A stretch of DNA of 63,437 nt, filler included, from Ministeria vibrans ATCC 50519 (lineage: Eukaryota; Protista; Filasterea), in NCBI GenBank assembly GCA_943704425.1. It is 4 parts of 4 records of this genome, joined end to end, with 100 filler letters (N's around TTAATTAATTAA, not from the genome) between each part and the next. Parts side by side here need not be neighbours in the genome. Positions count along the whole stretch, not along the records: positions 28,158 to 50,368 come from CALSCP010000218.1; 3 more parts are not named here. One strand, given 5' to 3'. This document shows positions 32,601 through 44,680 of this stretch, in pieces. Numbering within the stretch: the first letter of the stretch is position 1; the number at the start of each line of letters is the position of its first letter. Under the pieces are notes generated by a model. That model was not told the DNA's origin and ran no database searches. It saw only the letters and a program-made list of their open reading frames with translations. Made by a program: the position numbers and the translations under genes.

Positions 32601-34458
32601 CAGCAGCAGCAGTGGCAGTAGTAACATTCACATTATGGAGAACGACGACGAGGAGGAAGAAGTACCCTTGTCGTGGTTGAGCGATCGTGTGCAGTCATCG
32701 GCCTATCGTCATACGCCCCTGATTTCGCGCTGTCGCTACACGCACATGGTGCACATGCGACCTGCGCCTTTACCTATCGACATTGAGTGGCACCATCTTG
32801 ATGCTGATCCCATTGGTGCATGGAAGCGTCAGATTGCTGCCTTTCTCGTGACCGTTGTTACCATTCTTTTTATGGCCTTCGTTAATGTTGGCTTCGTCAT
32901 TGCCGAGGACTCGCCTAAAGTCTCCGACAAATACCAGCCCCTCCTTGTGGTTGCGTTTGCCGCGCTCCATGAACTCACGGCGCACAAGGTGCTGCATCGT
33001 GCCATTCACTTGCAGCAGAGTCTCTTGCGCGAGCCGTCGCGTCGCCGCCATGTCCAGTGGTTCTTCCGCTTCTCCACCCTTCTCCACCTCTTCAACTCGG
33101 TCCTCCTCCCAATCTTTGCCCAGCTTGTCTTCTCAGGCGACTGCCTCCTCTTCCTGTGGGAAAAGCCGTCGCAACCCTCCGTCAGCGTCTCTTATACGAC
33201 GTGTCTTGTTGAGAATTTCCAGTCGCCTGGCTGCTTCAAAGAGAGCGACCACACCCTCACGTACACGTCCGACTTTATATTTCGCCTGAGTTCAAACTGT
33301 GCGGGTTCGCTCGAAATGAAATACGCTCCCGTCTTTCTCGTCGCCATGTTCTTTCGCGGGTTCCTCTTGCCCGCCCTCAGCATGGCTCGCCGTGCCATTA
33401 GTAAGTATCGCGAGCCACATCGCATGCAAGGAACAGCGGAGGCATCAGCTGCTTCTTCTGAAAATTCATCCGTTGAGACTGAGACGGCGGCGACAGCACC
33501 AACAGATTTCAATGAGGACGACGTCTTTCATGACTCAGCCGGAGTGACAGAGCCAGTATTGCCCTCGGACCTTGCTGCTGCCAGTGAGTTGGTGCAAGAT
33601 ATAAGAGAGACTCGGCGGGAGCGAGCGCGCACCCGCGCTAGCACGAATGGGTCCTCCCACAGCGCGCCGGGACGACGCACCTCCAGTTCATCGGCGATCT
33701 TTGCGCAAGAGTACGCAGCCGTGTGGCAAATGGAGGACAAGGAAGCAAACGAGCCGCTTGACGACAACGAGATGGCAAGACGCAAAGAGCTACAACATCG
33801 ACTGAAAAGTGTGACGGATGTGACGACGAGTGAGCCATCAATGAATGCACTGCCGAGCCTGAGCTACCGTGCCGTGATGTTGCATCCGCCGTCGCAGCCC
33901 TCGATGCCGCCCCAGTCGGTCATGGCCATGTCCGAGCACATTTGTGTGCTTGCCATCATCCTGACGGTAGGCGTACAGGCACCGTATGTTGCGCTTGCGT
34001 GTGTACTCAGCGAGTGGCTTCGTCTGTGCGCCGCCTGGAATGTCACGCGTTTTGACAAGAGCATGCCTGACGTGCTCAAGAGTGTCCTGGATATTCCTCA
34101 GTTTGTGCCCATGCCTTTCTCATGTGTCGCTTTTGTTCTTTTTGCTGTGCACACATACATTGCCTTTGATGTGTTCATTGGTCAGTGGCCCAGCACGGGT
34201 CTCTTCTTTGGCCTCTTCGTCCTTGACTGGCTTGCATTTTTCGCGGCCATGTACTACGCGGGCCACCACCGCCAACGACCCTGGCCTCGTCTGCGCATGC
34301 ACGACCACGAGACACTCGTTCTTGCGCCTTCCCACAGCGATCCAAATATCGTGCACCGTCTGCGCATCAACGGCGTCTGCATGGCTCACGTCGACTCCGT
34401 CACTCGCAGTGACATGGAGTACCTCCCTCCATCTGCCCCAGATTCTTCCGTTGTGTAG
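29641..34458 (+). CDS. Signal peptide + ~16 plant-type LRRs + OSCA/TMEM63(CSC1)-like multipass channel (~1577 aa)
   Basis: Exon 1 ATGTTTCATCG (29641-29651), intron 29652-29735, exon 2 to 34458. LxxLxLxxNxLxGxxP repeats with N-cap and GNYFAC C-cap; about 11 hydrophobic segments; OSCA-like motifs RHAIILNPLP, LRDYF, FAIIKF and APLPIDIEWHHL. Confidence 0.8.
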
Positions 34459-34502
34459 ACCCCAGCAAAACAATTTGTATGATTGTGTGAATGCGTAAAT
34501 AC

Positions 34503-34554
<52 letters not shown>

Positions 34555-34619
34555 ATTTTTATCATTATAATTTATTATCATTATAATTCTTAGTGAGAGA
34601 AAAGAAAGTGTACTAATGT

Positions 34620-37487
34620 TCAGATGACGCGCTTTGCATTGGTGTTCTTAGCGGCGGCCTCCTCAGCCTCAAGACGCGCCTTCTCCGCCTCGAGCTCCTT
34701 CTCTATGACAGCAGCGCGCTCAAGCACATCCGCCTCGTCTGAGGGCAGCTGACGCGGCGCATACATCAGCAGATATGCAATGTGCCAGTCCCCTACACGG
34801 ACATGCAGATAGATAGATAGATAGATAGATAGAGAGAAAGAGTGGAGGAAGAAAAAACAAAGTGATAAGGAGAGATAAGGGAGAACACAACGGTAGAGAG
34901 AGAAAAAAAAGTGAGAGAAGAGACAAATCAAGACGTGTCAGTGTCGCAGCGTTGTTGACTGAGTGCGCGTACCGCCACCACTGAGGCGAAGGACGTCATC
35001 GGTGGTCGCATTCGACACGGTGTCGTCGTCGTACTTGAGCCAGTGGTCTCCCTTGTTCCGTGCCCACCCGACATAATGCCCTGAGTTGCTTGAGCGGCCC
35101 TTGTGCGTTAGCACCGCAGTCAGTTCGTACAAACCGCTGTTATTGGAGCCAATGTCTGACAGGACACGACGCAAAAAGCAACACAATGAAAAAACAAAAA
35201 AAAAAAAACAAAAAAAAATATAAATAATAATTATAATAATAATCATCATCATAATCAAACGGCGACTAAGTCGTACCGTCCTCAAATGAGTAGGGTGGCG
35301 GAGTCTTGTTGGTCTCGTTCTCGTTGCCAAACGAGTACAGACTGCTCTCGGTCGACTCGTCCGTCTCCATGGGCGCAGCGCCCTTTCCCTTTCGCTATAC
35401 CAATGCGACTATCAGTGCAAGCTACGCTATCAATGTAACGTACCAGCCCCTTTGCACGCTGGGCGAGAATGAGTTGGGCGTCGTCGTACGCCTTGAAGCG
35501 ATCACGCATGGGGACAAGCTTGGCCTGCAGCTCAGGCGTACACAGCGTGTACGTGTCCAGCACAGCACCGTATTTGACATCCTATGTTGCACCATAATCA
35601 ATCATGACCGGATCATCCAACACAACATCGAATGGGCAATTCAAAAATGCAAATGCGTACTCTGAGAATTTTTGCCGAGACATTGCCCTTCCAGCAAAAG
35701 CGAACCTCCTGGACCGTGAGAAAGGCTGGGAGGCGTGAGATGCGCGACTGGCGCACAAAGACAGCGTCACGATCGAGCACCGCCGAGTGTTTCGTGATCT
35801 TCTCGTCGAGTCCGTTGCGCAGACCCGCAAGCAAATGGTTCACTTCGACCGAAATGTGACACGAAAGCATATTGAAGGTCTCGCTTGTCACCTCACGTTC
35901 GTCCGACCCTTCTTCGTCGCACACACGCTCTGTGGCAAACCGACCCGTCATAAATTCCTCGACCACATTGGTTCCGCCAGGAAACAGAGCGGGCAGACGG
36001 CTCGACAGTGTGCGCAGAAACAAATTAAAGCACTCCTGCGCATCCTGTTGCTGCAGACCACCGTTGCCCATCTCTGCAAACTACACGACAACAAATAAAG
36101 ATGAGAGGCAGAAAAGCAGCAACAGTGAGAAATGAAAAAAATTAATAGTGATGGAACGAGAGCATTTAGGGTTTGTGTGTGAACAAGTGAAAGAACACTG
36201 AAATAACACTGAAAAAAACACAAAGGGTTATAAAAATGGGAAAGTGACGAAACAAACACAATAGAATAAAAATAAAGTGACAAAACAAACACAAGAGCAA
36301 AAATGACAGGCCAAGAAATTATTATTACTGTAATAATAACAACAACAATAATAATAATACTAATAATAACTTATAATTATTTTATTATTATTAAAACAAA
36401 CAAAAAAATAATGGAGAATAATGATCATAATGATAATAATACAAATGGGACAGATGAATATAAAATAAAAGTAGATACCGGAGGGTGGAGACTGTGAAGC
36501 ATGCCAAAAAAGCGCAGGGGCTGCACTGAGCCACCGCGCTCCATGTCACGCAAGAGATCGCGCAACGCCCACACAAGATTGCTCTCTTGGTCAAAGGACA
36601 GTGCGCCTTTAAACCTACACGGAGGTGTGATGAGACTCCAGTGTGAGATAAAGCAGGAAATGTGTTGTGCAACAGCCTACTGTGAAATGGCATGACGGAG
36701 CGGCTCAATCTTGCGGAGACACTGGAGCGACGCGTTCATGTAGCACGAATTGCCCAGATTCTCCAGTCCCGACGGCTCCTTCGTCTACAACACACACACA
36801 CACACACACACACACAGTAGTACGCATACGAGCAGATGTCAGTGGCGTTGAAATTAGAATCGGTTCATACCGCAATAGCAAGTTCCTTCTCCGACATATC
36901 TTCGACAAATTTGGTCGCCTGTGTGGGTGCCTGAAGCAGTTCACCAACTGTACCCATCATCATGAGAGTTTGACCCTGAAACAACGCAAAAGAGCACAGG
37001 TGAGTCCTTCACTACGCCACTCCACGTGGTTGCGACGGGCGTACCGGCTTGAGATTGAGCGTCTTGAGGTCGGCCTCGTCCTTCAGCGTTCCTCCCTTCA
37101 CCATGACCTTCTGACGCTCGGGAGCAACACCCGTCAGCGCAAACAACTGTGCCTTGAAGACCAACCCGGGCTCGTCGAGATCCACCTCCACATCCGACAG
37201 CTTCTGTTTGCCCCACTTGACGTTCACTGCACACATTCCAGAGTGTGAGTGAGAAGATGGCGTTTCAGACAGACACATCTCTTCTTGACGCGCAACAACC
37301 CACAGGCGAGACACCGTTGAGCGCCACGCCACACGCACACACGCACATACAGTACACAGTCAACCCTTCCACGAGTTGCAACTCCCACCGCGCACTGTGC
37401 GGTGCAGAATGAGAGATGTTCGCGAACGTTTTCTGTTGCTTTTTTTAAAATAATAATCAGAGTCCATCGACCCAACATTGACGGCAT
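34620..37487 (-). CDS. USP14: Ubiquitin carboxyl-terminal hydrolase 14 / Ubp6, multi-exon
   Basis: VNVKWGK..FKAQLFALTGVAPERQKVMVKGG (UBL); GLENLGNSCYMNA; QQDAQEC; YELTAVLTHKGRSSNSGHYVGW; GGDWHIAYLLMY. The start (MPSML-V, weak GTCGAT donor) is tentative. Confidence 0.92.
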
Positions 37488-37775
37488 TTGCTTCACATCG
37501 CACACAACCCTACGCAAGCCTTTGATCCGTTCTACCTTTAATAGTGGACATGACTGCGAATTTGAATTATTTCAATAAAAGAAGTGAATTTCAAAAATCT
37601 AAAGTGAATCTCACAAACTCACAATCACAAATCAGTGATCGTGATCGGATGAGAATTGAGAAGCGAGTACTGCGAGTTCGCAATAATCACATATGACATA
37701 ACACATTTATTGATTGATAATAACTTATTGCTTAAGCAGTCCTCGGTAGTTGACTTACGTACCCACGACAGGAGA

Positions 37776-38280
37776 ATGGCGCACGAGATTAGGGAACCCG
37801 AGAAGTACAGTGTCACAGTCGAGCTGATGATGGGGCTCGACGGCGAATGGAAAGAGGTATCGCACACGCGCGTGCTGCTTTACTGCTGCCTTGCTGTGTC
37901 TCGGCACCTCGTGCGCTCGGCGAGGGGGCAGGCAGTGGATGCGGATCGGATCGTGGTTTGTTGCAGTATCAGACTGTGTGTTTCTCTGGCATCTGCACGC
38001 CCCCGTCAGCTTGTTATCAGCATCGATGCGTTGGTACAAGCCAGGGGGGGCGTGTGGTGCGGCAGTGGGCGAAGCGTGGTGCTGAACGCACAACGCAATA
38101 ATGTGCAATATGGGTTTCCTGACAATAATGCAACTTTCGCGCTTCCTGTCGCTGTAGATTGGACAGTTCGACATGGACCACAAGGATGTGAAGGAGGAGG
38201 CGCTGGCCGAGAAGGTTTTTGAGCTCGACATCGAGTTCGCCAAGAGGTGAGTGGCGAGAACACAACTCATCTTGCTCACT

Positions 38281-38311
<31 letters not shown>

Positions 38312-38525
38312 CTTAGCATTGTGAAGAAGAACACGTACAAGCGTCAATTGGCCGTGTGGAACTCGGACAACTTGAAGCAGGTATGTTTCGTGTGTGTAAA
38401 ATATGGGCAGGACTGAAGAGGACAACGGGACTTAGGTGGACTTCCAAAAGACCAAAGCGATCGCGGCCGAGTACGAATTTCGGGACGACGGCAAGCTAAA
38501 GATTACGGTGGCTCGCAAGGAATAA
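37776..38525 (+). CDS. Small hypothetical protein, 4 exons, possibly HSP20/CS-like beta-sandwich
   Basis: MAHEIREPEKYSVTVEL..|IGQFDMDHKD..FELDIEFAK|..|VDFQKTKAIAAEYEFRDDGKLKITVARKE*; GT-AG introns. Confidence 0.55.
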
Positions 38526-38640
38526 AACCTACAACGAACGCGAATTGATGCTCCATACTTATACGTAATAATGTATTAATGGGTCATAGTCTATACGAGC
38601 GCGTAAAGGATTTTCAGGTGGAATTGTGAACATTGCATTT

Positions 38641-40770
38641 TCAGTGGGAGTGCGCGCCTTCAGGTTTTGGAGGATCAATGGAGAGCACCCTGATGTTCAG
38701 ATGATCAGCCATTTCCTTAGACGCCTACAGGGCAAAAAAATAAATAGAGAGTTAGGTATAGCGCGCACGCGTGTGTGCGTGAGTGTAAGTGTGTATGCAT
38801 GTGTGTGTACGTGTGTGTATGTGTGTGAAGTGATCATAACAATAATTGTATCATCTGTGTGACTTAACAAGAGCTCAATGCGAACATCAACAATGACAAA
38901 ACGTACCACAACACAGTAGTGGGTGAGGGATAGGCCCGTCCACACACAGCAGGCAGCCAGTAGATACAGCTCATGTAGCCCCAGATGACAGTACAGGTTG
39001 AGCGCAAGTAGCACAGGCGCAAACAGGACAGAGTCTACGCACACGAGTCAATCGCTCACTTAGACACTCCCATCTCATTTTTGTGCGTACCAGTCAGAGG
39101 GAATGGGCTCTTACTCATCATTGCCACAACCATTTGGCATGAGATTTTGGCAAATGCAAAACCAAACGTAAACATAAACAGACAAAAGTGCTCTCTACAC
39201 AACAACGCAAAGTAATTCAGGGACATTTGTCATTCAAAAAAAAAAAAAAAGACCTGTAGTCATCCGAATGAACAAAGGTGTAGTAGACGGAGGCAAGGAG
39301 GACAAGAAGGGGAAATAGTGGCGATGCGACACTGGTGCGTGCGACAGTCGCCGTCGCGTGCTTGACAAAGATGGTGTGCAAGGTGCGCGCCAGCGTGTAC
39401 AACATGCCAGCCAGAGTTAACCCCAGTACAACCTATGAAAGTGCAGAGCCGACTGTCATTTCTCTTTCTGTTTCTTTCAGTGCATTGTACCAGTCTTAAA
39501 GGCACACCCGCCATTACTTCTTGGTCCCACACTTGTGGTCCCATTACCGCTGTCGTCAGCGCCATTGAAATCACTCCATACTGTCCTTCCGTCACATCAA
39601 TTCTATACAAAAAATGAATGATGACGATCGACTTTCTTAGCATTCGCACACGTACGTTCCAAACTCAAGCGTTCCCGTCACATACGCCTGCCAATGCGCA
39701 GCAAAATAACAACACATAAATGTACAGGCGAGTCCAACAGCCAGCGGTGTTCCTCCCATGTTACTGCACACCACTGTCGCAATCACAACAAAGACAGTCG
39801 AGATGGCATCACACCCTACACACAATGTGTTAGACACGCATATGGACACACACTTGAGCAACCATTTGCATGACATAGCATTTCAGTGGTTCCATTTCAT
39901 TTTGACCAACAGGGTGTCGTTTGTGTGTGTATGTGTGTATGTGTGTGTGTGTGTATGTATGTAGTATGTATGTATGTGTGTGTGTGTCTTTTTAGTTTTT
40001 AGTGTGTGTGTGTCTTTGTGGTGTGTGTGTGTGTCTTTGTGGTGTGCGTGTAGCTTTGATAATAATGCGATTGTTCTTAGTTTGAAATACCATGATCAAA
40101 AAGTTCGCCAAGCGGCGATGCTGTTTTAGTTCGTCGCGCTTGCTTGCCATCAATCGCATCAAGCGTCTGATAGAAGAATAAGCCGAGGGCGAATGTGGCA
40201 TAGGCCCACGCTGGTGCCTTGAGGGTACGAGTGAGTTGGTTCACTTGCGATTGCGTCTCTCGTTTCCTACTTCTCCTTTGCCCGTTGGACAGTAGTAGAC
40301 GACCGCTAAAGAGGATCCCACATTCATCGCCAGTCCGACCAGCGTCAGCAGGTTGGGCGCGACCCACAGAGGCACAAGTGTCACAACAAAATTCCAAAAT
40401 GGCTACAACACAAGAAAAATTTATTTCGCGGCACTTTCCTGGTCGCATTCAACGGTGCGCATGCGTGGCAACTCAACAGGAAGTATGATAGCGCGCGTGC
40501 AGGAAAAGACAAGGGGCACCAGGGTCTTCTCAAGGGCGGTGGGGAAGGTAAACAAGACGAGGGGGAAACGCACCCGCACACGCAAGACGCACGGATGCTC
40601 GCGACAGCGAAGGGCCGGTGCCGTCATAGGACACGCTGGCGCAACAGCTGCCTTCAACATAAGAAGGGGCGCCGCGCCGTTCAAACCTGCAAGAGAGTGT
40701 CCAAAATGCTCCGTCCAGTCATCGAATACTGGTGCGACGCGAGTCCTTGCAGTTGTTTTTCCGTCAACAT
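38641..40770 (-). CDS. Choline/ethanolamine phosphotransferase (CEPT1/CHPT1 family), multi-exon
   Basis: [16 protein letters not shown]..|[20 protein letters not shown]; [28 protein letters not shown]|CD (CDP-alcohol phosphotransferase motif); [14 protein letters not shown]. Confidence 0.92.
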
Positions 40771-40977
40771 GACGCGATTGACGTAGCCGATCACTGATCA
40801 GCAACTTGAAATCAACAACAACTGGGGGAAAAAAAAAATAATTGAACTTTTCTTTTTGGGAGTTTGGGGTTGATGATGATCGATCACGACTCACTTTAGA
40901 GTTTAGAGAAGAGAATCTCGGCTGACCTCTCTTTTTGTCCTTTTGTAGACTCTTGTCAACACAAACCTCAACCAAAC

Positions 40978-41005
40978 ATGTCCACCAAGCCCGCTTACAA
41001 GATCG
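40978..41005 (+). CDS. Orphan first exon, probably S-adenosylhomocysteine hydrolase (AHCY)
   Basis: MSTKPAYKI plus G, then a GTACA donor. Resembles the AHCY N-terminus (..KPxYKVADI). Only 9 codons, so tentative. Confidence 0.45.
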
Positions 41006-41052
41006 GTACAAGCACCAGCCCCCCTCTGCTCTGCTCTCTTGCCACATCGTCT

Positions 41053-41087
<35 letters not shown>

Positions 41088-41178
41088 CGGCGTCTATGTG
41101 TATAAGTCTCTTGCAACAACTGCATTGGATAGAGTGCACAAGTGTGATGGTTATGGTCTCTGATTTTGATTGTCGTAG

Positions 41179-41295
41179 GTTCGCGTTGGTGGAGTTGGCT
41201 GTGACAATATGACAGTGATTGTTGTGGCTCTGCTCAACGGGCGCTCCTACGACGAATTCTGCCGATGGGTTGAGTCTCGTCCTTACCACACTTGA
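41179..41295 (+). CDS. Orphan terminal exon of a PP2C (Ptc2/3-like) phosphatase
   Basis: TAG acceptor, then VRVGGVGCDNMTVIVVALLNGRSYDEF..* (PP2C GxDNMT motif). Confidence 0.75.
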   Translation, partial: VRVGGVGCDNMTVIVVALLNGRSYDEFCRWVESRPYHT

Positions 41296-41502
41296 AACAG
41301 CACACGGAAGAGCACTGTCTCCTTCACGATCACTACTTTCTCTCTCTCTCTCTCTCTTTCTCTCCTCTTTCTCTCATTGTTTCTTTTGTGATTTTCTCTC
41401 CTTTTTTTCAACACGAAACCTTTCTTTTCCGAATTCCTTCCTCTCTTCTCTTCTTTTGTATTGGAAATGAATCTTTACACCCTATTTCACACACACTCCC
41501 CA

Positions 41503-42717
41503 TTAGAATGCGAGTTTGTTCTTCTTGCGTCCTTCCATTGTGGATATGTGGCAGTGCACTTTGGCCTGGAACCCGTAACACGCGCGCAGGGCCCTCTGCA
41601 CATCCCCCAGCACTTCCGCAATCTTTTCGCCGTGTCGCCCCAAAATAATTACCTTCTCTCCTTCGCGCTAAATACAAAATGTGTGCGAGTAAGAGAAAGA
41701 GATTTCGAGTGAGATTGAGTTGATAAGTGAGAACGTGAATGAACGAATGACTGGCTGAGTGAGTGAGTGAGATTGAGTGGCGTTCGTTTTTGCGTTTTGT
41801 GTGCACGTACGCCAATCTGGAGGGTATGGCCAATTGACATTCGTCCGTCGGGCATCACAGTCCAAGTTAGAGTCCTACGAGACACACATACACACAGGAG
41901 AGCGATGAATAAAACATTCAAAATTGACTGGTGTGTGAGTACTTTTGACTGTAAGCGTATGGGATTTGTCCATCGTAGCGCTGAAGAATCTGCTCGCGAA
42001 TGAGCTCATGAAAATGAAACAGTGGACTTTGTAGTGTTTTCTGTTGTGGGTTCACTAGAAACGGCTCTTCCTCTCGTTTGTTGCACTCGTCGATGAGATA
42101 CCTCTAAGGTTTTTGAAAAAAGAGTTTCATGAGGAGACATACATGGTCACACACACACACACACACACACCACATTGGTTCTTTTTCCTCTCTCTTTCTC
42201 TCTCTCTCTCTCATCCGTTTGCTTACTCTGAGTTGCGATACTCCGTTTCCACTCTTCGCAGACACAAAGAACACTTCCTTAAAATTGCGATTGTGCTCCT
42301 GCGCCAACTCAGTCACTTTTGCTCGCAGTGCCGTTTGCTCTCCCTTTGACACCAAATCGCACTTATTCAACACTAAAATCTACACAAACCAGCTGAGCTA
42401 CACACACTCTCTCACTCAGCTCATATTTTCTTGTTTTCTGTTACCTGGAAAGTGTTTTCTGGCGGAGCATATTTGTCACTGGTCAGAATCTCCGTAGCGA
42501 GATTAGACAAATCGCGAGACATATCAACGACAACCATTCCTAAACACACATACACACACATGAGTATACATTCAGTCTCTTTACATCCGTGTGCGTCTCT
42601 TTGTACCAATTTGCGCTTCAGCAAGACTCTCTTTGGGAGAAGTGAGAAGACTGCGCGGCAGTCGATATCTAACACAACAAGCAATCAATCAATCAATCAA
42701 TCAATCATCAATCAATC

Positions 42718-42765
<48 letters not shown>

Positions 42766-43085
42766 CTCTCTGTGTCTGTCTTTCCATTTGTCTTACTTCC
42801 GACTAAGTCCCCGCTCAACCACCCCAGGTGTGTCCCACAGCAGCACCTGTGCCGTCTCGCGCGTCAGCACCCCCAGAATACTCTCCCGCGTCGTCTGTGG
42901 TTTTTCCGCCATGGCCATGATGCGCGTTTCCAACAGATGGTTTGCCAGAGTCGACTTGCCAACGTTGGCCTCGCCGAGCAATGCCACGCGCAGCACGTGT
43001 TGGCTGCTCGGCAGTTGACTCGCAATCAGTGGAAGCACAACCGGTTCGCTCAGTTTAGTCAGGTCCATTTCGCCCACAGTTGCTC
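41503..43085 (-). CDS. Era-like GTPase (ERAL1-like), 5'-truncated, multi-exon
   Basis: VALLGEANVGKSTLAN, KPQTTRE, QVLLWDTPG, LNKCD, FFVSAKSGNGV, and a KH-like C-terminus IILGRHGEKIAEV; stop at 41503-41505. Confidence 0.85.
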
Positions 43086-43140
43086 CTGAAAATGACAAGT
43101 AGGACAGTTACAACCTCATCCATCCCTCTCTCTATCACTA

Positions 43141-43144
43141 TCTT

Positions 43145-43228
<84 letters not shown>
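43141..43228. repeat. (CT)n microsatellite at the Era/pecanex junction
   Basis: Long CT run between two opposite-strand gene fragments, each lacking its 5' part. Confidence 0.9.
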
Positions 43229-43231
<3 letters not shown>

Positions 43232-43252
43232 TTTTTTCGATTGTCCGTTTAG

Positions 43253-43427
43253 TAATGCGGAGCGGGGTTCTATCCAGCAAATGCAGGCGGTCCTGCGCAA
43301 CATGATCAGCCAGGCGTGTGACTTGCCTGTCGGCTATCCTATTCACATCTCGCCCGTGACCGTCGCTTATGACCTTTCCGAACGTTGGTTTGACCGCCTC
43401 ATTTCCTCGGCATCTTCATTACTCTAA
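43253..43427 (+). CDS. Orphan terminal exon of a pecanex-family protein
   Basis: [34 protein letters not shown] matches the pecanex C-terminal ERGSIQ..LRNMINSSCDQPxGYPIYVSP motif; TAG acceptor at 43252. Confidence 0.85.
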
Positions 43428-43502
43428 GTAGCATGTTACGTACTTGTATACTATTGTGTGGCGTTTTTGTGTTGTACAACGATGGTGTATTTTCTGATTG
43501 TA

Positions 43503-44332
43503 TCAAAATGCAGGCAGACCATACTTGTCAGGTTGAAAGAGGTCCATAGACGCAAGCGTCTCAGTCGCAGCAGCAAATAATGTCTGGTCTAATCGAGTGT
43601 CGGGAACTGCAACACAGTCCATTCCCGCTGCAACAGCCGCAGCAACACCCGATCTGAGAAAGAAAAAAGAAAAGAAAAAAGTAGGTTGACTTTGAACAAC
43701 TTCTTTGTCCTAACTTACTGCGCATCCTCGAAAACGATGAACTCTTTAACACTCCGATCGGGACAGAGTCGTTGTGCTCCCACAAGAAAAATATCCTACA
43801 GAAACAAACCAAATGAGGATGATGATGATGATGATGATGCAAATGACATGTGACATGAATGTGACATTGCGTCTTTCGAAAGGCGTACGGGAGCAGGCTT
43901 CCCTCTGGTCACCGCCGGGTCATCACCCGTCACAATGACTGGAAAGTACGAGAAGAAGGCTTCGTGGTGCTGCCGCTTCGCAGCCACGGCGGCAGCACTC
44001 GAGGAGGTGCAGATCGCCATTGGCACTTGGTGCTTGTGCAGATGCTCGACAAGGCGCTGGACGCCCGGCAGCAGATGCGCCTCCGCATACAGCGCCTTCA
44101 AGTTGGCCTCCCACTGGCGCACCAGCGCCTCGGGGGACAGCTGGCTCTGGATCCCGTGCTCTTCGACGACGATGGTGGCCCAGTCGACGCCGCGCAGGCC
44201 CAGCAGCTTCTTCTTCAGCGTCCAGTCGATGTGCTTGTCAAAGGGATCCAACGCCAGTTGTATTGCCTTGGTCGAGATGGTCTCAGTGTCAATACACGTT
44301 CCGTCCAAGTCAAACAGCACTGCTCGCGTCAT
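43503..44332 (-). CDS. HAD-superfamily pseudouridine-5'-phosphatase (PUDP/HDHD1-like)
   Basis: VLFDLDGT, AICTSS, RGKPAP|DIFL, FEDA, GVAAAVAAGM, FQPDKYGLPAF*. Confidence 0.88.
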
Positions 44333-44680
44333 GGCCTTCAGCGAGCTACCGATGACACGCGACCTTATCAAAATGTTGACAAAAAAAGTAATCAACTAAT
44401 TCAACTTTGGTCTTTGAGTTAAGCAGAAGGATCAGACGGTCGTGGCCGACAGACGCCTAATCGGTATTCGGTGGCTGATAATAGTGTCCATAAGTCCTTG
44501 GTCTTTGACAGACAGCTTTGTGTCACCTGTGTGTCCTTGTGTCTTACCTTGCTGCATCTCAGCGTGAGGTACCAATCGGGCGACAAACTAACTCGTGCCA
44601 AAGTCCAAACTAATATTTTAATTTTATTCATTTTTTTCTTGTTCCACGAACCAGACTGCGACCATCAACTCTGAAGGATC

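Noticed and set aside
31340-34458. LRR receptor kinase or LRR-GPCR interpretation of the big LRR gene
   Set aside because: There are no kinase motifs (VAVK/HRD/DFG). The TM count and spacing, with a large cytosolic domain after the third TM, fit OSCA/TMEM63 better than a 7TM receptor.
40978-41295. A genuine AHCY-PP2C fusion gene
   Set aside because: The exon phases are incompatible; splicing yields an almost immediate stop.
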